The notes beneath the pieces were generated by a model. That model did not search any database. It saw only the letters and a list, made by a program, of their open reading frames with translations, and was not told where the DNA came from. The position numbers and the translations under genes were made by a program. From assembly GCF_020745735.1 (NCBI RefSeq), contig NC_083414.1, positions 42,972,013 through 43,036,012 on the forward strand: DNA of 64,000 bases. Reading direction: 5' to 3'. Positions 25,648-39,086 of the stretch are shown piece after piece. This stretch comes from Hemiscyllium ocellatum (taxonomy: Eukaryota). Positions within the stretch are counted from its first letter, which is position 1, and each line of letters begins with the position of its first letter.

Positions 25648-26010
25648 GATAGAGTCATAGAGATGTACAGCATGGAAACAGACCCTTCGGTCCAACCCGC
25701 CCATGCCGACCAGATATCCCAACCCAATCTAGTCCCAGCAGCCGGCCCATATCCCTCCAAACCCTTCCTATTCATATACCCATCCAAATGCCTCTTAAAT
25801 GGTGCAATTGTACCAGCCTCCACCACTTCCTCTGGCAGCTCATTCCATACACATACCACCCTGTGTGAGAAAACGTTGCCCTTAGATCTCTTTTATATCT
25901 TTCCCCTTGCACCCTAAACCTATGCTCTCTAGTTCTGGACTTCCACACCCCAGGGAAAGGACTTTGCTTATTTACCCTATCCATGCCCCTCATAATTTTG
26001 TAAACCTCTG
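25648..26010 (-). mobile_element. CR1 LINE 3' end
   Basis: VCVWNELPEEVVEAGTIAPFKRHLDGYM; ATAGAGTCATAGAG tail. Confidence 0.92.
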
Positions 26011-29000
26011 TGAATTCTTTTTTAAAAAAAACTTAACTTTAACCAAAGAATAACACTTATGTTTTTGCTATTGCTACAAAGCCATGATTTACTTTTATAA
26101 AGAAATGTGATAGATTTAAAGGCAAAACTACTGGTTAAATTTTAAGAGGACTAAGATCATATTCAAGTGTCTTAAAATGGCAGCTTTACAAGATGGCTGA
26201 CAATTTGCATTACTGTGCAGGACAAATTCCAAAGTTATTAAGTGGAGGCAACCTACTTAAAAATACCCAACCGAAACAGCTAATTTGAGTATGAAGGAGC
26301 AATTACCTCCTAACTCATTCACAGAACATCCTGTCAACAACCTGGGTGGGGTTGTGGACTATATATATATGAAATATATAGTTGCTAGGGCCTCTGGATT
26401 ATTAGTGGATTGATACTACCACTATCGCACAAACTCCCCATAAATGGCAAGCAACTGTTTGCAGTTTGATATGTAAAAATTTAAAGTGATTCGTTAAAAC
26501 AGACAATATCAGGAAAATCCTATTTAGACATCGAATGATTAGAACGTGGAATGCACTGCCATTGTTTTTTCAATCTCATTGCTGACATAGTATTAAATGC
26601 TTGAGAGTTTGCTATAAACCAAGATTTATAGTACAAAATCTAAATTTTCCTAAAAGGAGATAAGCATTTTCATCTTGCACTCATCAGAATTAGGCCATAA
26701 GAAACGAGTGAGAAAAGACTACTGATGGCTTGGTCTTCATCGACATGGAGATGCAGCAAGAACAGTTCAAGCTTAATTCGCAGATCAGGCATGTAGATTC
26801 TGACTGCTCACGGCATAAGGATGCAGTAAGATTTTATCTGTCCATGACTCCCTTTTTTTTGGAAAAGGTGCAACACATGTACAAACTCCATTTGCCAACA
26901 TAAAACTGAGTCTTCAGTATTATGTATGACAGATTCACTTGTGGCTTTCAAAACAGAATTGGATAAAAGTGAAGATAAAAGTGTTACTGGGGACGGGCAA
27001 GAAGCAGGCCCAGCTGAGGAAAGTTGCTGTGGATTTGACTTTGCAGGACTTTGCAAAACAAAACCTGAGACTGACTCACAGTATAGAATGCCAAGTCCAA
27101 ACTAATCAGCATAGTGTGTGTCCATGAAAGTATTTTATTTATGAAAAGCACTTTGTCTATGGTGTAATTGCTTTATAATTCTAAACTTCTTTCTCTCAAT
27201 TCAATGAGCAACCAACCATGACTGGTGAAGCTGAACACAAAAAATCAGCAATTCAAACTCTGTAAGTAAGTAAGCCTTAGAATCTGCATCAGTTCAAAAC
27301 TTATGTTATATAATTTCAATCAATGCTGGACTGCAGAATCATCTGTTCTCAGTCCAATCTCATTGTAGTGTTATAGGTAAGATATTGATTTTCACAAGCA
27401 ATATGTGTCATTAATTGCAATGCCACTTAAAGTTCAACGTGTAAGCTTGAAGATTGAGAATCTCAAGTGGTTTCACCATATCAACTCTGGAGCCAAGTGG
27501 AAAATGGCTTGTAGCAAACTTAATCTTTGCTGCACTATACAAAATAAAACACAAAGAATTGTACTGGATTTTCAAAAAGACTACAAAATAGCATCATTCC
27601 TGCTGATTTAGAATGTTTTGTTAAAGAGTTTTACCTTCTATCTTGGGATTTGCCAGACCTGACAATGACAGATAAGCTTCTCCCTACCTCTTGGAGGAAA
27701 AAAGTGAGCATGAAATATATAGTGAAAGATTTGGCTCAACTCCTTTCCTTGAATGGAATAATCAAACAAACTACAAGTTTAACTTCAATTAACTACATAA
27801 ATATCCAATAACCTCTGTCTTCCTTTTTTAATATGAACTTTTATGCAAGTCAGAAGAAAGAACAATTCTGGTTAATGGAATGTTTTCTCCACGTTGGTAC
27901 TCAGTATTTGAACCTAATGTTTCCAGGTCAGAGATAATGCAATGAGATGCAAAGCTTGCTGAACATAGCTTCAATACCAAGGGCAGCCTCAGTGAAACAC
28001 TGCACTGGAAAGGAATTTTTAAATTCCTGTATTTACCATTCATGGTATATATGAAAAAATTATCATGCCTCTGGTTTTGTCCACACTCCTGCTTCTTGGT
28101 CCATGCCTGACAGCAAATTCTTCCCCGGTCCCATTCCCAAACCCAATTAGCTCAGTTTTGTTATTATGTTGCATGCATTGACTAAATGGTGGCTGCAGCA
28201 TTGATATAAAGAGCAGTGAAGAGCAGGCTTAATAATTATACTAACAGAAACAAATTACTTTATTATAACCAATCCAAACAAATACACATATTCTTCAGCA
28301 CCGATCACTGAACACTGATTAGCAGTAGATAATCTGAGTATTTTCCCCTTACGTAAATAGATGGTTTATATTTCTGAGCGCAAATCACTTGCCATAGACC
28401 AACAATTGATCCTGGGGCATTTCTCATTTCTATGTCTCTTCCTGGGTATTTAATTATTGAAGCATTTAGCAGATTACATCAAACTTCAACACATCAACCA
28501 TAAAGCCTCACTAAGTTAAGACGGCCAATTTAGCATCAACTTTGTGTATTATGGACTGGGTGTAGTAGAAACTGGGTGAAGACAGAAAGCACTGTGTAGG
28601 CAACTGATGAAGAGAAGACTTTATCCGTCAATTAGGCTTAGGATCGAAGGTCATGTCTCAGACGGATTAAGATAACATTGGATAATAATCTTGTGTGCAT
28701 GATCATTTGCCCAAGTTTCAAATTTGATCAAAAATCAATAAATGTGCGCCTTAAAATAGCCCAGAATAAACATAAATATACAAAGACATAAAGTGAAAGC
28801 AGAAAACAATTTGGTTCAAACAGACAGCTTCAGATAGACAGCACTGCAGCTTTGTGAAAAGTTGCTCAGTCCACAATTTGAAACTTATAATAGCCATCCA
28901 ATCTCTCAGGTTACTGCATTCTGACAACATACTCTATTAAACTGATTTGCAACTAGATTGGAGAGGTATACAGCCAGCACATTAATAAAATATTGCAAAT

Positions 29001-30413
29001 ATCTGCAGAAACCATGTATTGACTGCGTTACAGAGAGATCATTCATCAAAACAGCACAATAAGCAGAAATGCTTCTATTTTCTCTAGACAGGGTATTCAG
29101 CAGGAATGTCTTTTTTTAAATGAAAATCAAAAAACCAGTAATTTTCTAATTTCCCACAATAGTTAGTCTTATATCATACAAACTTAGAGTTACTTCCTCC
29201 AGTCTCATACAGGACACTGTACAATCTGCAATGGCAAAAGTAAAATGCAAAATGTACATAAAGGGTTTCAAGGAGCTAGGAAACCAGATATTATATTTTA
29301 CTGTAATATTTTGGTCCAGCTACATTTATTTTAGTAACCGTATAATTATTGGAACATAAGGCTACTTTGTAGAATTAAAATGATAACGGCTTTACAGCAT
29401 GCCAATGTCTAATTTAATATAATATACAGAGCTTATAAAATTTAAAACTGGAGTGAAATTAGTTACTGCACAGCTCTCCACTACTTTCTCAAAAGCAAAT
29501 AACAATGGGCAACAAATGTTGCCTTTGCCAAGAACACCCACATTACAAGAACAAATTTAACAAAATCATTATATTGCCTTAAGGGTAGTAGCATTTAATT
29601 AACAGAATAATAATAATGTAAAAGCAAATTTGTGCAGATGCTAGAGGTCTGAACTAAAAATGGAAAATGCTAGAAATATTCAGCTGATCAGGCATCATCC
29701 ATGGAGAAGGAAGGAGAGTTAATGCTTGACATGAATGGCTGATCATCAAAATTAAGTCAAATTGAAATCATGCCATTTTGGCAAATAACAACCACAAAAC
29801 TTGGATAATTTTAGGCCTCTTTTTTCCTTGCCATCCTCATATTTCACTTCAACCAGTTCACCACAAAATGAATCTGTGCATTATAAGAGAGAAGAAATAA
29901 AATGTTGCGCACTGATGTACGAAGGAGAAACAAAAAGGACTGATATATGTTATTTTATGGTAGTGATCATTATCGATTTGAGGCTAAGCTGTTACACCAC
30001 TTCCTAGTTAAACCATAAAACATTTTCCAACGAAGAACAAAACAGAGAAAGTTGGACTTCAATTTTTCGGTTACACTGAGAAATTATGAAATATGTTATG
30101 ACACTCAGATCTAACTTCTCTATTAAATAAAACTCCCAGCTTTTACTAGACCCCTTTGATAAATGAAGATTCCAAGAAACACTTTGATAGGAGACGATAA
30201 TCACATAATTACTTTACAGAAAACACAAACCACGATTTAAAAAGTTCTCAAGGAGAAAAAAAAAGTCCTCCACAGCAATACATTCCAGTAATTTTATTGT
30301 ATTCACTTAAAAACATATTAATACAAAATGAGAAGTTTCTTCAAAAGTACAAAAAAATGAATCTGAGTTGAAAAATTCAATAAGAACTTTTTTCTCCAGA
30401 TTTACTCCCAATC

Positions 30414-30494
30414 TTAGCTCCAATCTGTATTCCAGTTTTGCATAATGATCGATATTTTGATTGATAAGTTTTGTAAATGTGACAATGCCCATAC
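30414..30494 (-). CDS. Candidate terminal coding exon of an unidentified gene
   Basis: Acceptor ctttgttttattag|G, VWALSHLQNLSIKISIIMQNWNTDWS*, AATAAA at 30293-30298; no protein recognised. Confidence 0.2.
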   Translation of the reverse strand, partial: VWALSHLQNLSIKISIIMQNWNTDWS

Positions 30495-31019
30495 CTAATA
30501 AAACAAAGACCAGCAATGCATAGGTCATATTGAATATTTCATACAATAAATAGTACTTGTCTTATTATATAAAATTTCAAAGTTAAAAATCACACAACAC
30601 CAGGTTATAGTCCAACAGGTTTAATTGGATGCACACTAGCTTTCGGAACGACACTCCTTCATCAGGTGATAGTGGAGGGCTCGATCGTACCACAGAATTT
30701 ATAGCAAAAATTTGCAGTGTGATGTAACTGAAATTATACATTGAAAAACTGATTGTCTGTTAAGCCTTTCATATGTTAGAATACAGTGATAGTTTCACTT
30801 CTTTCATGTGTAAATCACAAAACCTTTTTTAAAAAGTTGCATTCTCGGTTTAGCTGTTAACAATGGTGATAGCTAGACAATATGTTGAAGGTGTTAGCCC
30901 CCTGTGTTCTCTGTCTAGACCTGATGTTTAGATTGATTCTAATCTAAAAAGTGAGATAACAGAATTTTACATACATTCATGCAGTTTTTGAGCAAAGTGC
31001 AATGTAACTCTGCAAGTAC

Positions 31020-31189
31020 NNNNNNNNNNNNNNNNNNNNNNNNNNNNNNNNNNNNNNNNNNNNNNNNNNNNNNNNNNNNNNNNNNNNNNNNNNNNNNNNN
31101 NNNNNNNNNNNNNNNNNNNNNNNNNNNNNNNNNNNNNNNNNNNNNNNNNNNNNNNNNNNNNNNNNNNNNNNNNNNNNNNNNNNNNNNNN
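31020..31189. other. Assembly gap (170 N)
   Basis: Run of N. Confidence 1.
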
Positions 31190-31358
31190 GGGGTTGTGAA
31201 TGTGAGAAAGTGGGTGTAGTGAGTGCATAGTGTCTCAAGTCTGTGAGGGGGTGCATGTAAGAGTGTGGGAGTGTGTGTGTCTATAAGGGTGTGTGTGGGT
31301 GTCTGTGTGCGTGTCTGTGTGTACCTGTGTCTGCGTGTATGTGAGAGTGTGTGTAGGA

Positions 31359-31438
<80 letters not shown>
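31190..31438. repeat. (GT)n microsatellite / GT-rich tract in the PLE 3' UTR
   Basis: Perfect GT run ~31365-31438 with a degenerate left flank. Confidence 0.95.
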
Positions 31439-31440
<2 letters not shown>

Positions 31441-31451
31441 TGCAATGGTGA

Positions 31452-32708
31452 TCACCTGTAATGTGACATGAACCCAAGGTCCCGGTTGAGGCCCTCCCTA
31501 TGGGTACCAAACTTAGTTATCAGCCTCTGCTCAGCCACTTTCCTCTGCTGCCTGTCCTGAAGTCCACCTTCGAGGATGGTCACCCGAAGGTCCGAGACTG
31601 AATGTCCTGGACCACTGAAGTGTTTCCCAACTGGGATGAACCCTCCTGTCTGTTGACTGTTGTGCGGTGCCCATTCATCCGTTGTCGTAGCCTTTGCTCG
31701 GTTTCCCTAATGTACCATACCGCTGGGCATCCTTGCCTGCAACGTATAAGAGAGACAACATCGGCTGAGTCACATGCGTACCTGCCATGTGCAAGGTGGG
31801 AGGTGTTCCCACGTGTAATAGTGGTATCTATGTCCACAATCTGACACGTCTTGCAGCGTCCACCGTGACAGGGTTGTATGGAGTTGTCCTGAGAGCCGGG
31901 CAGTTTGCTACAAACAATGATCTGTTTGAGGTTTGGCGGTTGTTTGAAGGCAAGTAGTGGAGGTGTGGGGAAGGTCTTGGTGAGATGCTCATCCTCATTG
32001 ATAAGGTGTTGCAGGTCACGAAGAACATGGCGTAATTTTTCAGCCCCTGGGAAGTACTGAACAAAAAGGGTACCCTGTCAGTTGCAGCACGTGTCTGTCT
32101 CCTGAGGAGGTCATTATGGTTCCTTGCTGTGGCATGTCGGAGTTGAGCATCGTACCCCTTTCTTGTGAGGGCATCCTTGAGTACTTCCAAGTGTCCGTCA
32201 CATTCCTACTCATTTGAGCAGATCCAGTGTATGCTTAGGGCTTGTCCATAGGGAATGGGTGTTTTAATTTGTTTTGGGTAGAAGCTGGAGAAGTGTAGTA
32301 TTGTGAGGTTGTCTGTGGGTTTGCGGTAGAGTGTGGTGCTGAGGTGTCCGTCCTTGATGGAGACACACATGTCCAAGAATGAGACAGACAGTCGAGAGTA
32401 GTCCTTGGTGAGTTTGATGGTGGGATGAAACTTGTTGATGTCACTGTGTAGTTTTATCAGTGACTCCTCGCCATGGGACCAGAGGAAGAAAATGTCATCA
32501 ATGTACCTGGTGTACAATGTTGGTTGGAGATCCTGCATCGAGAAGAAATCTTGTTCGACCCTGTGCATAAAAATGTTGGCATATTGGGGTGCAAACTTGG
32601 TCCCCATGGCTGTTCCGTGTGTCTGGAAGAAGAATTGGTTGTCAAAGGTGAAGACGTTATGATAGAAGATAAAGCGGATGAGTTGTAGGATTGTGTTTGG
32701 AGACTGGC
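31452..32708 (-). pseudogene. PLE RT-GIY-YIG ORF, frameshifted
   Basis: ORF pieces 32206-32607, 31828-32190 and 31580-31837; ends GLNRDLGFMSHYR*. Confidence 0.9.
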
Positions 32709-33018
32709 ATGAATTTATGTAAAACTCTGTTATCTCACTTTTTAGATTAGAATCAATCTAAACATCAGGTCATAGACAGAGAACACAGAGGGCTAACACC
32801 TTCAACATATTGTCTAGCTATCAACATTGCTAACAGCTAACCCGAGAATGCAACTTTTTTAAAAAGGTTTTGTGATTTACATATGAAAGAAGTGAAACTA
32901 TCACTGTATTCTAACATATGAAAGGCTTAACAGAATCAAATTTTCAATGTATAATTCCAGTTACGTTACACTGCAAATTTTGTTGTAAATTCTATGTTAC
33001 AATTGAGCCCTCCACTAT

Positions 33019-33053
33019 CACCTGATGAAGGAGCGTTGCTCCGAAAGCTAGTG
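33019..33053 (+). ncRNA. Minimal type I hammerhead ribozyme motif (PLE)
   Basis: CACCTGATGAAGGAGCGTTGCTCCGAAAGCTAGTG; mutated counterpart on - at 30634-30668. Confidence 0.8.
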
Positions 33054-33624
33054 TACTTCCAATTAAACCTGCTGGACTATAACCTGGTGTTGTGTGATTT
33101 TTAACTTTGTACACCCCAGTCCAACACTGGCATCTCCAAATCATGTATAAAATTTCATGCATCATTCCGGTCAGCACTACAATTTCATTCTTTGTGCCAA
33201 TTTTCCAAGCACCTTATCACAATAACTAACTGACATGTTTACTCTACACTACCTTACCCAGGTAACTACATTGGACATTATACAGATAACTGTTTCCTGA
33301 TATCAATCTTTAACTTTTCTTTCACTAGTTTGTACTTACAAACATTTGCCTATAATTTTGGTTTATTTTCAAAAGTTGTATTACACTTATACATTTCCTA
33401 TTTCATGTAACATTACAAACTCAATAAGGTCCCCTCCCATTCATCTCCATTCAAAGCTAAATCATTCAGCTTTTGACCTGTCATGTCACTAATGCTGCAG
33501 GTTAGCAATATGGAGTTTCTGTGCAACCTTCAAGGTTTGGATGTTTATTTGGTTGATCACAACTCAACATGATGCTCAAGATACAACCTGTCTAAAACCA
33601 TCCATAGGACAAGACCACTCTCCA

Positions 33625-34170
33625 CATCCTTTATCATTTGTTCATGAAATGTGAGTGCCAGTGACAAGGCTAGCATTTATGGCTCATCCTCAAGTGACCA
33701 CGAGACAGCCACCCTCTTGAACCACTGTTTTTACCCAATTACAGCAAAGGAACAACAAAATAGATCAAAGTCAGGGTGGTTGCAGGGGTGATGTTCCCAA
33801 GGATCAGCCCATTTGTTTGTCTACACATTGCAGATTTGAAAGGTGTTATCAAAGGATTCTTAATGAATTGCTACAGTGTATCTTGTAGAGAATGGACACT
33901 GCTGTTATCATGCACTGATGGTGGAGGGAATGAATGTTAAAGGTGGTGAAAGGTGTACTGATGAAGTCCTAGGCAGTGTCAAGCTTCTCGATTGTTGTTG
34001 GAGCTATGCTCTTCCATGCAAATGGTGAGTTTCCCTAGTTACGTCTTACAGATCATAGGCAGGCTTTGAGGAATCAAGAAATGAGTTACTTGCTCCAAGA
34101 TTCCATTTGCTGATTTACTCTCATCACTATAATATTCGGTAGCATTGTTCAGTTTACTTTCTGTTTAAAA
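33625..34170 (-). mobile_element. Old CR1-like LINE remnant
   Basis: Reverse-complement similarity to ~25230-25645 and ~14490-14560. Confidence 0.45.
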
Positions 34171-37100
34171 TTAATGCTCAGTTACTTTAGTGCATTGTAC
34201 AAGACTCCATGACTCATCTGTTTTCTTTAATTATCTGTGAATTTAGCCAATTTATTTTGTTGCTGAATTCAAATCTTTCATGTATTTTTGTATAGTCAGG
34301 AATAGTTTCAGTTGGAAGGGAGGAGGTTACAACATCAATCTCTAACATATTCCTGTCAATCCATTTTCTTAGCTCAGCATCATTTCCTTACAACAATTCA
34401 CTGATTCCTCACTTTCAACTAATTCTTTATCCATCTCCCAAACTCCCTGCTTTAAACCTGTGTAGCAAAACCATTCTTGTGTCACATTATGTGTGGTTTT
34501 CCTATTTCATTATGTGGGAGTGGGGAGGGATGAGGGGGAGCTTTAGAACATTTATTTAGATAATACTTCCTTAAAACGAACAATGATGATGCTGGATTTG
34601 TTCCTTCTTAATCATATTGGCTGCCATGCACTTAATTTGTATAAATAATTTCAATATTTTGCTGGTCACAATGTCTTTAATTGCACAAGTTTGTTATAAT
34701 ATCTTTTGTTAAATAGGTACCATGTTTTTTTGTTTGCAATGTCACAGTAGATTATTCTCACCTCACCTCTGCATTAATTGACACCCCACTGCAGATCACT
34801 GCTAACATTTTGGAGATTGCAGCTGAATAGTTTACTTGTCCCAGCATTTAATGAATGTCAAGTTCACCATGAAGTGAACACTGTCATCGTATCTCCACCT
34901 GCAAGATTTCTTCATATATGATTATAATGAAAGGTCCTCCAACTGAAGCATTTTTCTGTCCCCAGGCAGGCCGAGAATATTCTTCATTTTGTACTTTTGT
35001 TTCAGGTTTCCAACATCTTTGCCTTTGTATTAGGTTGTAAGTGTTATATAAGGCAGTTAGTTTCTGAAAGGGTTAAGTGATATCATAAGAGAATATCCAC
35101 TCATCAGGTTATTAAGGACTATTCCTGGGAGACGTTCACCTGTATTGTCCAGTCCTGTTGTGTTTGCGCTGTTAACTACTGGTTACTCTTAAGTCTAACC
35201 CCAGATCTTATCAAAATTCACCTGCATCTTGGATATAACAAATATTAGATAATAAATACAATCTACTTTTCAAGATTGAGTCTATCTTCTGCTGAAGACT
35301 TCTTGCGGGAAACATTCACCATTTGGTTTCACTGCGTTAGAAAGATTGGCAATGGTGAATCCATTCAAGGAAACCCAGACGGTTCCAACAGATGTGACCA
35401 CAGATATCATGCTGCTGTCAGAAAATACTGTTTCAGAACTGGTGTCCGAAAATACTGCATGCTAACAGCAGGGACATTTTCACCACAGATATCAATAAAG
35501 AATATCTTAAAAGATGAGAAAGGATGAAAGGTTTTAGGATGATTTCAAAAGCTTTGGTCATAAAAAGCTGAAGGAACAGTTGCCAGTGCTGGAGATTTAT
35601 TTGGAGCAGCTAGGTATTATAAAAGGAAGAATAGCTGGATTGGACTTCTGAAAGCTAAATGCTCTGGTAAGTTTTCATATCCATGATTTAAGCTATACTT
35701 CTATAGAACTCTGCCACAACAAATCTTACAGACTGATATGAAGACTCCATTTGATATTAAATGATACACAATCTGCTCATCCATTTGCTTCCATGTCCAA
35801 TAACAGTAGTTCATTTAACAGCCACACTTACATGCTTATTATCAATCTCAATCTTTATTCAACATGCCTGTAGAAATCTCGGAGTGCATAGAAGCATCCA
35901 TCAGCATCTGACCTGGATTCTCTTTGTAAAGTATTTAATTGTCATTAAATTCTGTCCATTAGACAGATTAGTTACCACTTGTCAACCACTGGATATTTTC
36001 ATGGTCTCTCTTTTTATACTAAAAAATTGCACTGTAATTTTAATCAATATTTCAATATATAATTCACAGAAATTTAAGTTGCCAGAAATTAACTGTAAAG
36101 TTAACCCATTATATTTACATTGTCCTGGACAGAAGACAAATAATTAGTTAATACAAAATTGTTGCACTGAACAAAGTTAATTTTGCTTGGCAATTAAATT
36201 TCCAATTCCAACATGTCCTAAAACTTAATTCCATGCGTCAGAATTCAAGCTAATGAATTGTCATATGCAGTGCTGGTTGAGGCAAAGGACGCACAGTGCA
36301 TGAATAATTTTGAAATGTATTTTGTTGAAATTATCAATATTGTCAATACAATTGACACAGTATGTGACATCTGCCTCACTGTCAACTATCCCTGGTCCCT
36401 TACTAATCCCTTGATTTTGTGTAAGCTTTCTTTTGTAGGCTCTTTAAGCTTCTGGAAAACTATTGCTAGTTTCTCAGTTGCTGTGTGATTTGATCACACT
36501 TAGTGGAAAGCTGTGTCAGTGAATCTGGGTACAAGAGGGCAGATTTTAAACTGGGGCAGGAATTATGCAGATGAAGTGGAAGACATTTTGATGCTCGGGT
36601 CACTTTGGCACCCGAGGCCCTTTTTGCAAATGAGGATTTTGACTCCTGCCCACAGAATTTGAGTTCGTCATTACTCAGTGGGCAGGTCTGATTTTCTTCC
36701 CAAATGGGCATTAGTGAATTGGTTTTTCAAAAACAACAATTAGCAGTGTTCACATGGTTGTTATTAGGCCAAATTTTTATTAAGTTCAAATTTCAATGTC
36801 TGCCAAGGTGCTGAGAGGCCCTAAATTATTCGCTTGCCTTTCTGGATTATAGTTTCTTGGACTACTGTAGTACTTCTGTTTGGGTCCCTTATCCATACCA
36901 TTGTATAAGGCCCAGCTGTGACCATCTTGCATAACGGCAATTACTACAATGAGTAGACATGTGGTGATAAGAAAGATGGCTTTTAGAAACTTCTTTATGT
37001 GGGCTCAGCTGTACAGTCTGCCTCCTTGGTGACAGATGGAATTGATTCTTCAGTTTTCTGCCCATCAGCAATTTTGATGGTGATAAGCCATACTAAAATG

Positions 37101-39086
37101 GGGTTTGTCCAGGAAATTAACACAGCTGCACACGTCAGCATTTTTCATCAAAAAGGATCTAACTGCCTGGATCGCACACTGTGGTTCTCCATTTGATCAT
37201 AGCTGTCTTATTGACAATGCTACATATTTGAAGCCAAAAACTGGCTGAAAAACTAATTGGCAAACTGCAATCCGTTGTCTGACACAACCACATAAGAACC
37301 TAATAAGTAGCAAACATTTCATGCCAGATTCTGATAACACTCTTGGTGGTAGGGATGGTGTACAACATTTTCATCTCTACCTAGCAAGAAAACTCAGCAA
37401 CAGCAAAAGGTAAGAACATCCATCAAACAAACAGATTGGTTCTCATTTGCTTCCATGGTCTGAAGATGAAAGTATTGGGGATGGGCAACTCTTGTTCAGG
37501 TCTTTAACTAGACAATGATTCACATTTAGCTATGATGTCCTCAGTCTCCTTTGAGATCCCCCCTCTGCCACACTGAGGAGTAAGTCTTGGCTGCAATTGG
37601 TTACATCTGTGACACCACAATGAAGTTGCAATGACCAGCCTTTCTAACGCTAGAAAGTCACGTGTAATTGTGAAATGCAGGCAATGCTCAAACAGATCTT
37701 TATGACTAACACACCAAGCCTTTGATCTAGCCAACCTTCAGTTAAATTCTGATGAATGAGATGAATACATTCACAGCCTTTTTTTTGTTCCTGTTGTATT
37801 TGATTGACTACTTTTGCATTGCTGACTACTTTAGCATTGATGTGCAATTCAATTTCATCAACAAATCACTCATCATTCATAGAAAAACTACTGACAGTAA
37901 GCCTGAGCTCGAGTGCATTTAGAGTCTTTTGTAGCTTTCTCTGTACATATCCGGTTTCATTAGCAAATCTTAGGTTAAAATTAATACTTCTGTGTCTGTG
38001 GAGGCATTCTTTGTGTATGTTTTTACCTAGTATGGAGACCAATGGTTTATTGTCCCTACGAGCATGTGCACTCCAAGATATAGTCTGAAAATTGCCTTCA
38101 TAGAGGATGTTGAGAGATTGTCCTTCTTTATAACTGCTTAACATATCTCCATGTCTGATAATGCTGGAGAGGCATAATACACTGTTTTCTGACATCTATC
38201 TGGTTGCTCCAGACAGCATCCTGCAATGTCTGTTACCAAAGGATACAAGCTAATGGAAAGGATGGATAGTAATGGGTCAGGGCATCTGTGAACATCAGTA
38301 TGTCTTTGATCTTTTGAAACTATTCTTTGGATAGGAGTCCCAGTTTCATCTTTATACTTTCTTGGGGAATTACTTCAAGGGTTCATTTGAAGTTGTCAAA
38401 TGAAGCAAAAACTTTGCCAATTCATTTACCATATCACAAAATCTCTATGTGTCAAGGGTTGATTTCAGCATTGGAACTCCTGAACAGCCTTTGTTCTTTG
38501 CAGATCTGGCCGAACTGCATCTTTGTCAACAATATGCTCCAAGAAGTAAACAGATTCTTTGAAGATATGATACTCTTCATTGAAAGTAAGTCCTTCAGCC
38601 TTTAGGAGTTTGAATGCTGCATCCAATTTATGGTTATGTTCTTCAATTGGTTCCCCATGTATCAATGTCATCTGCATAGCACTTGACCTCTTCTAAGCCT
38701 GATAATACACTGGACATGACACTTTGGAAGATATCTGGAAACAAGTGATCCCAACTGTCAATTTATTGAAACAGGAACTCTCAAATAGAATAATAACAGC
38801 AGTAAGGAGTTTTGATTGCTAATCTAATGGTACCTGCCTAACATCCTGTTTCCATCAAGTTTGGTAAAAATTCTATTCCTCACCAATTTTGCTATACTCT
38901 TATTGTCTGTAAACACAGGGTGCACTTCCCCAGCTATTGTTTTGTTGAACAGTATTATATTACCACATTTTCATATGGCTTGGGTATTGTAAATATGCGC
39001 GAGGACCATTCAGTTGATTTGATCATCAGGGAAATTTCACTCTGTCTCATCATTTCTTTCCCCCAAATTGTTTCTGAACTTGAGTC

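Larger units (their letters stand above)
30580..33145 (-). mobile_element. Penelope-like element (Neptune type), 5'-truncated with inverted terminal repeat
   Basis: RT (GTAMGTKFAPQYANIFM, RYIDDIFF), Cys linker PCHGGRCKTC, GIY-YIG remnant; inverted repeats 30580-30985 and 32708-33145; 12-bp TSD TATAAAATTTCA (30568-30579, 33146-33157). Confidence 0.93.

Noticed and set aside
30414-30494. Resemblance to the IKK-alpha C-terminus (…DWS)
   Set aside because: Lacks the LDWSWL motif; spacing and exon boundaries do not fit; superficial similarity
30939-31510. ORFs with X runs and (TH)n/(CV)n
   Set aside because: Artefacts of the N gap and the GT microsatellite
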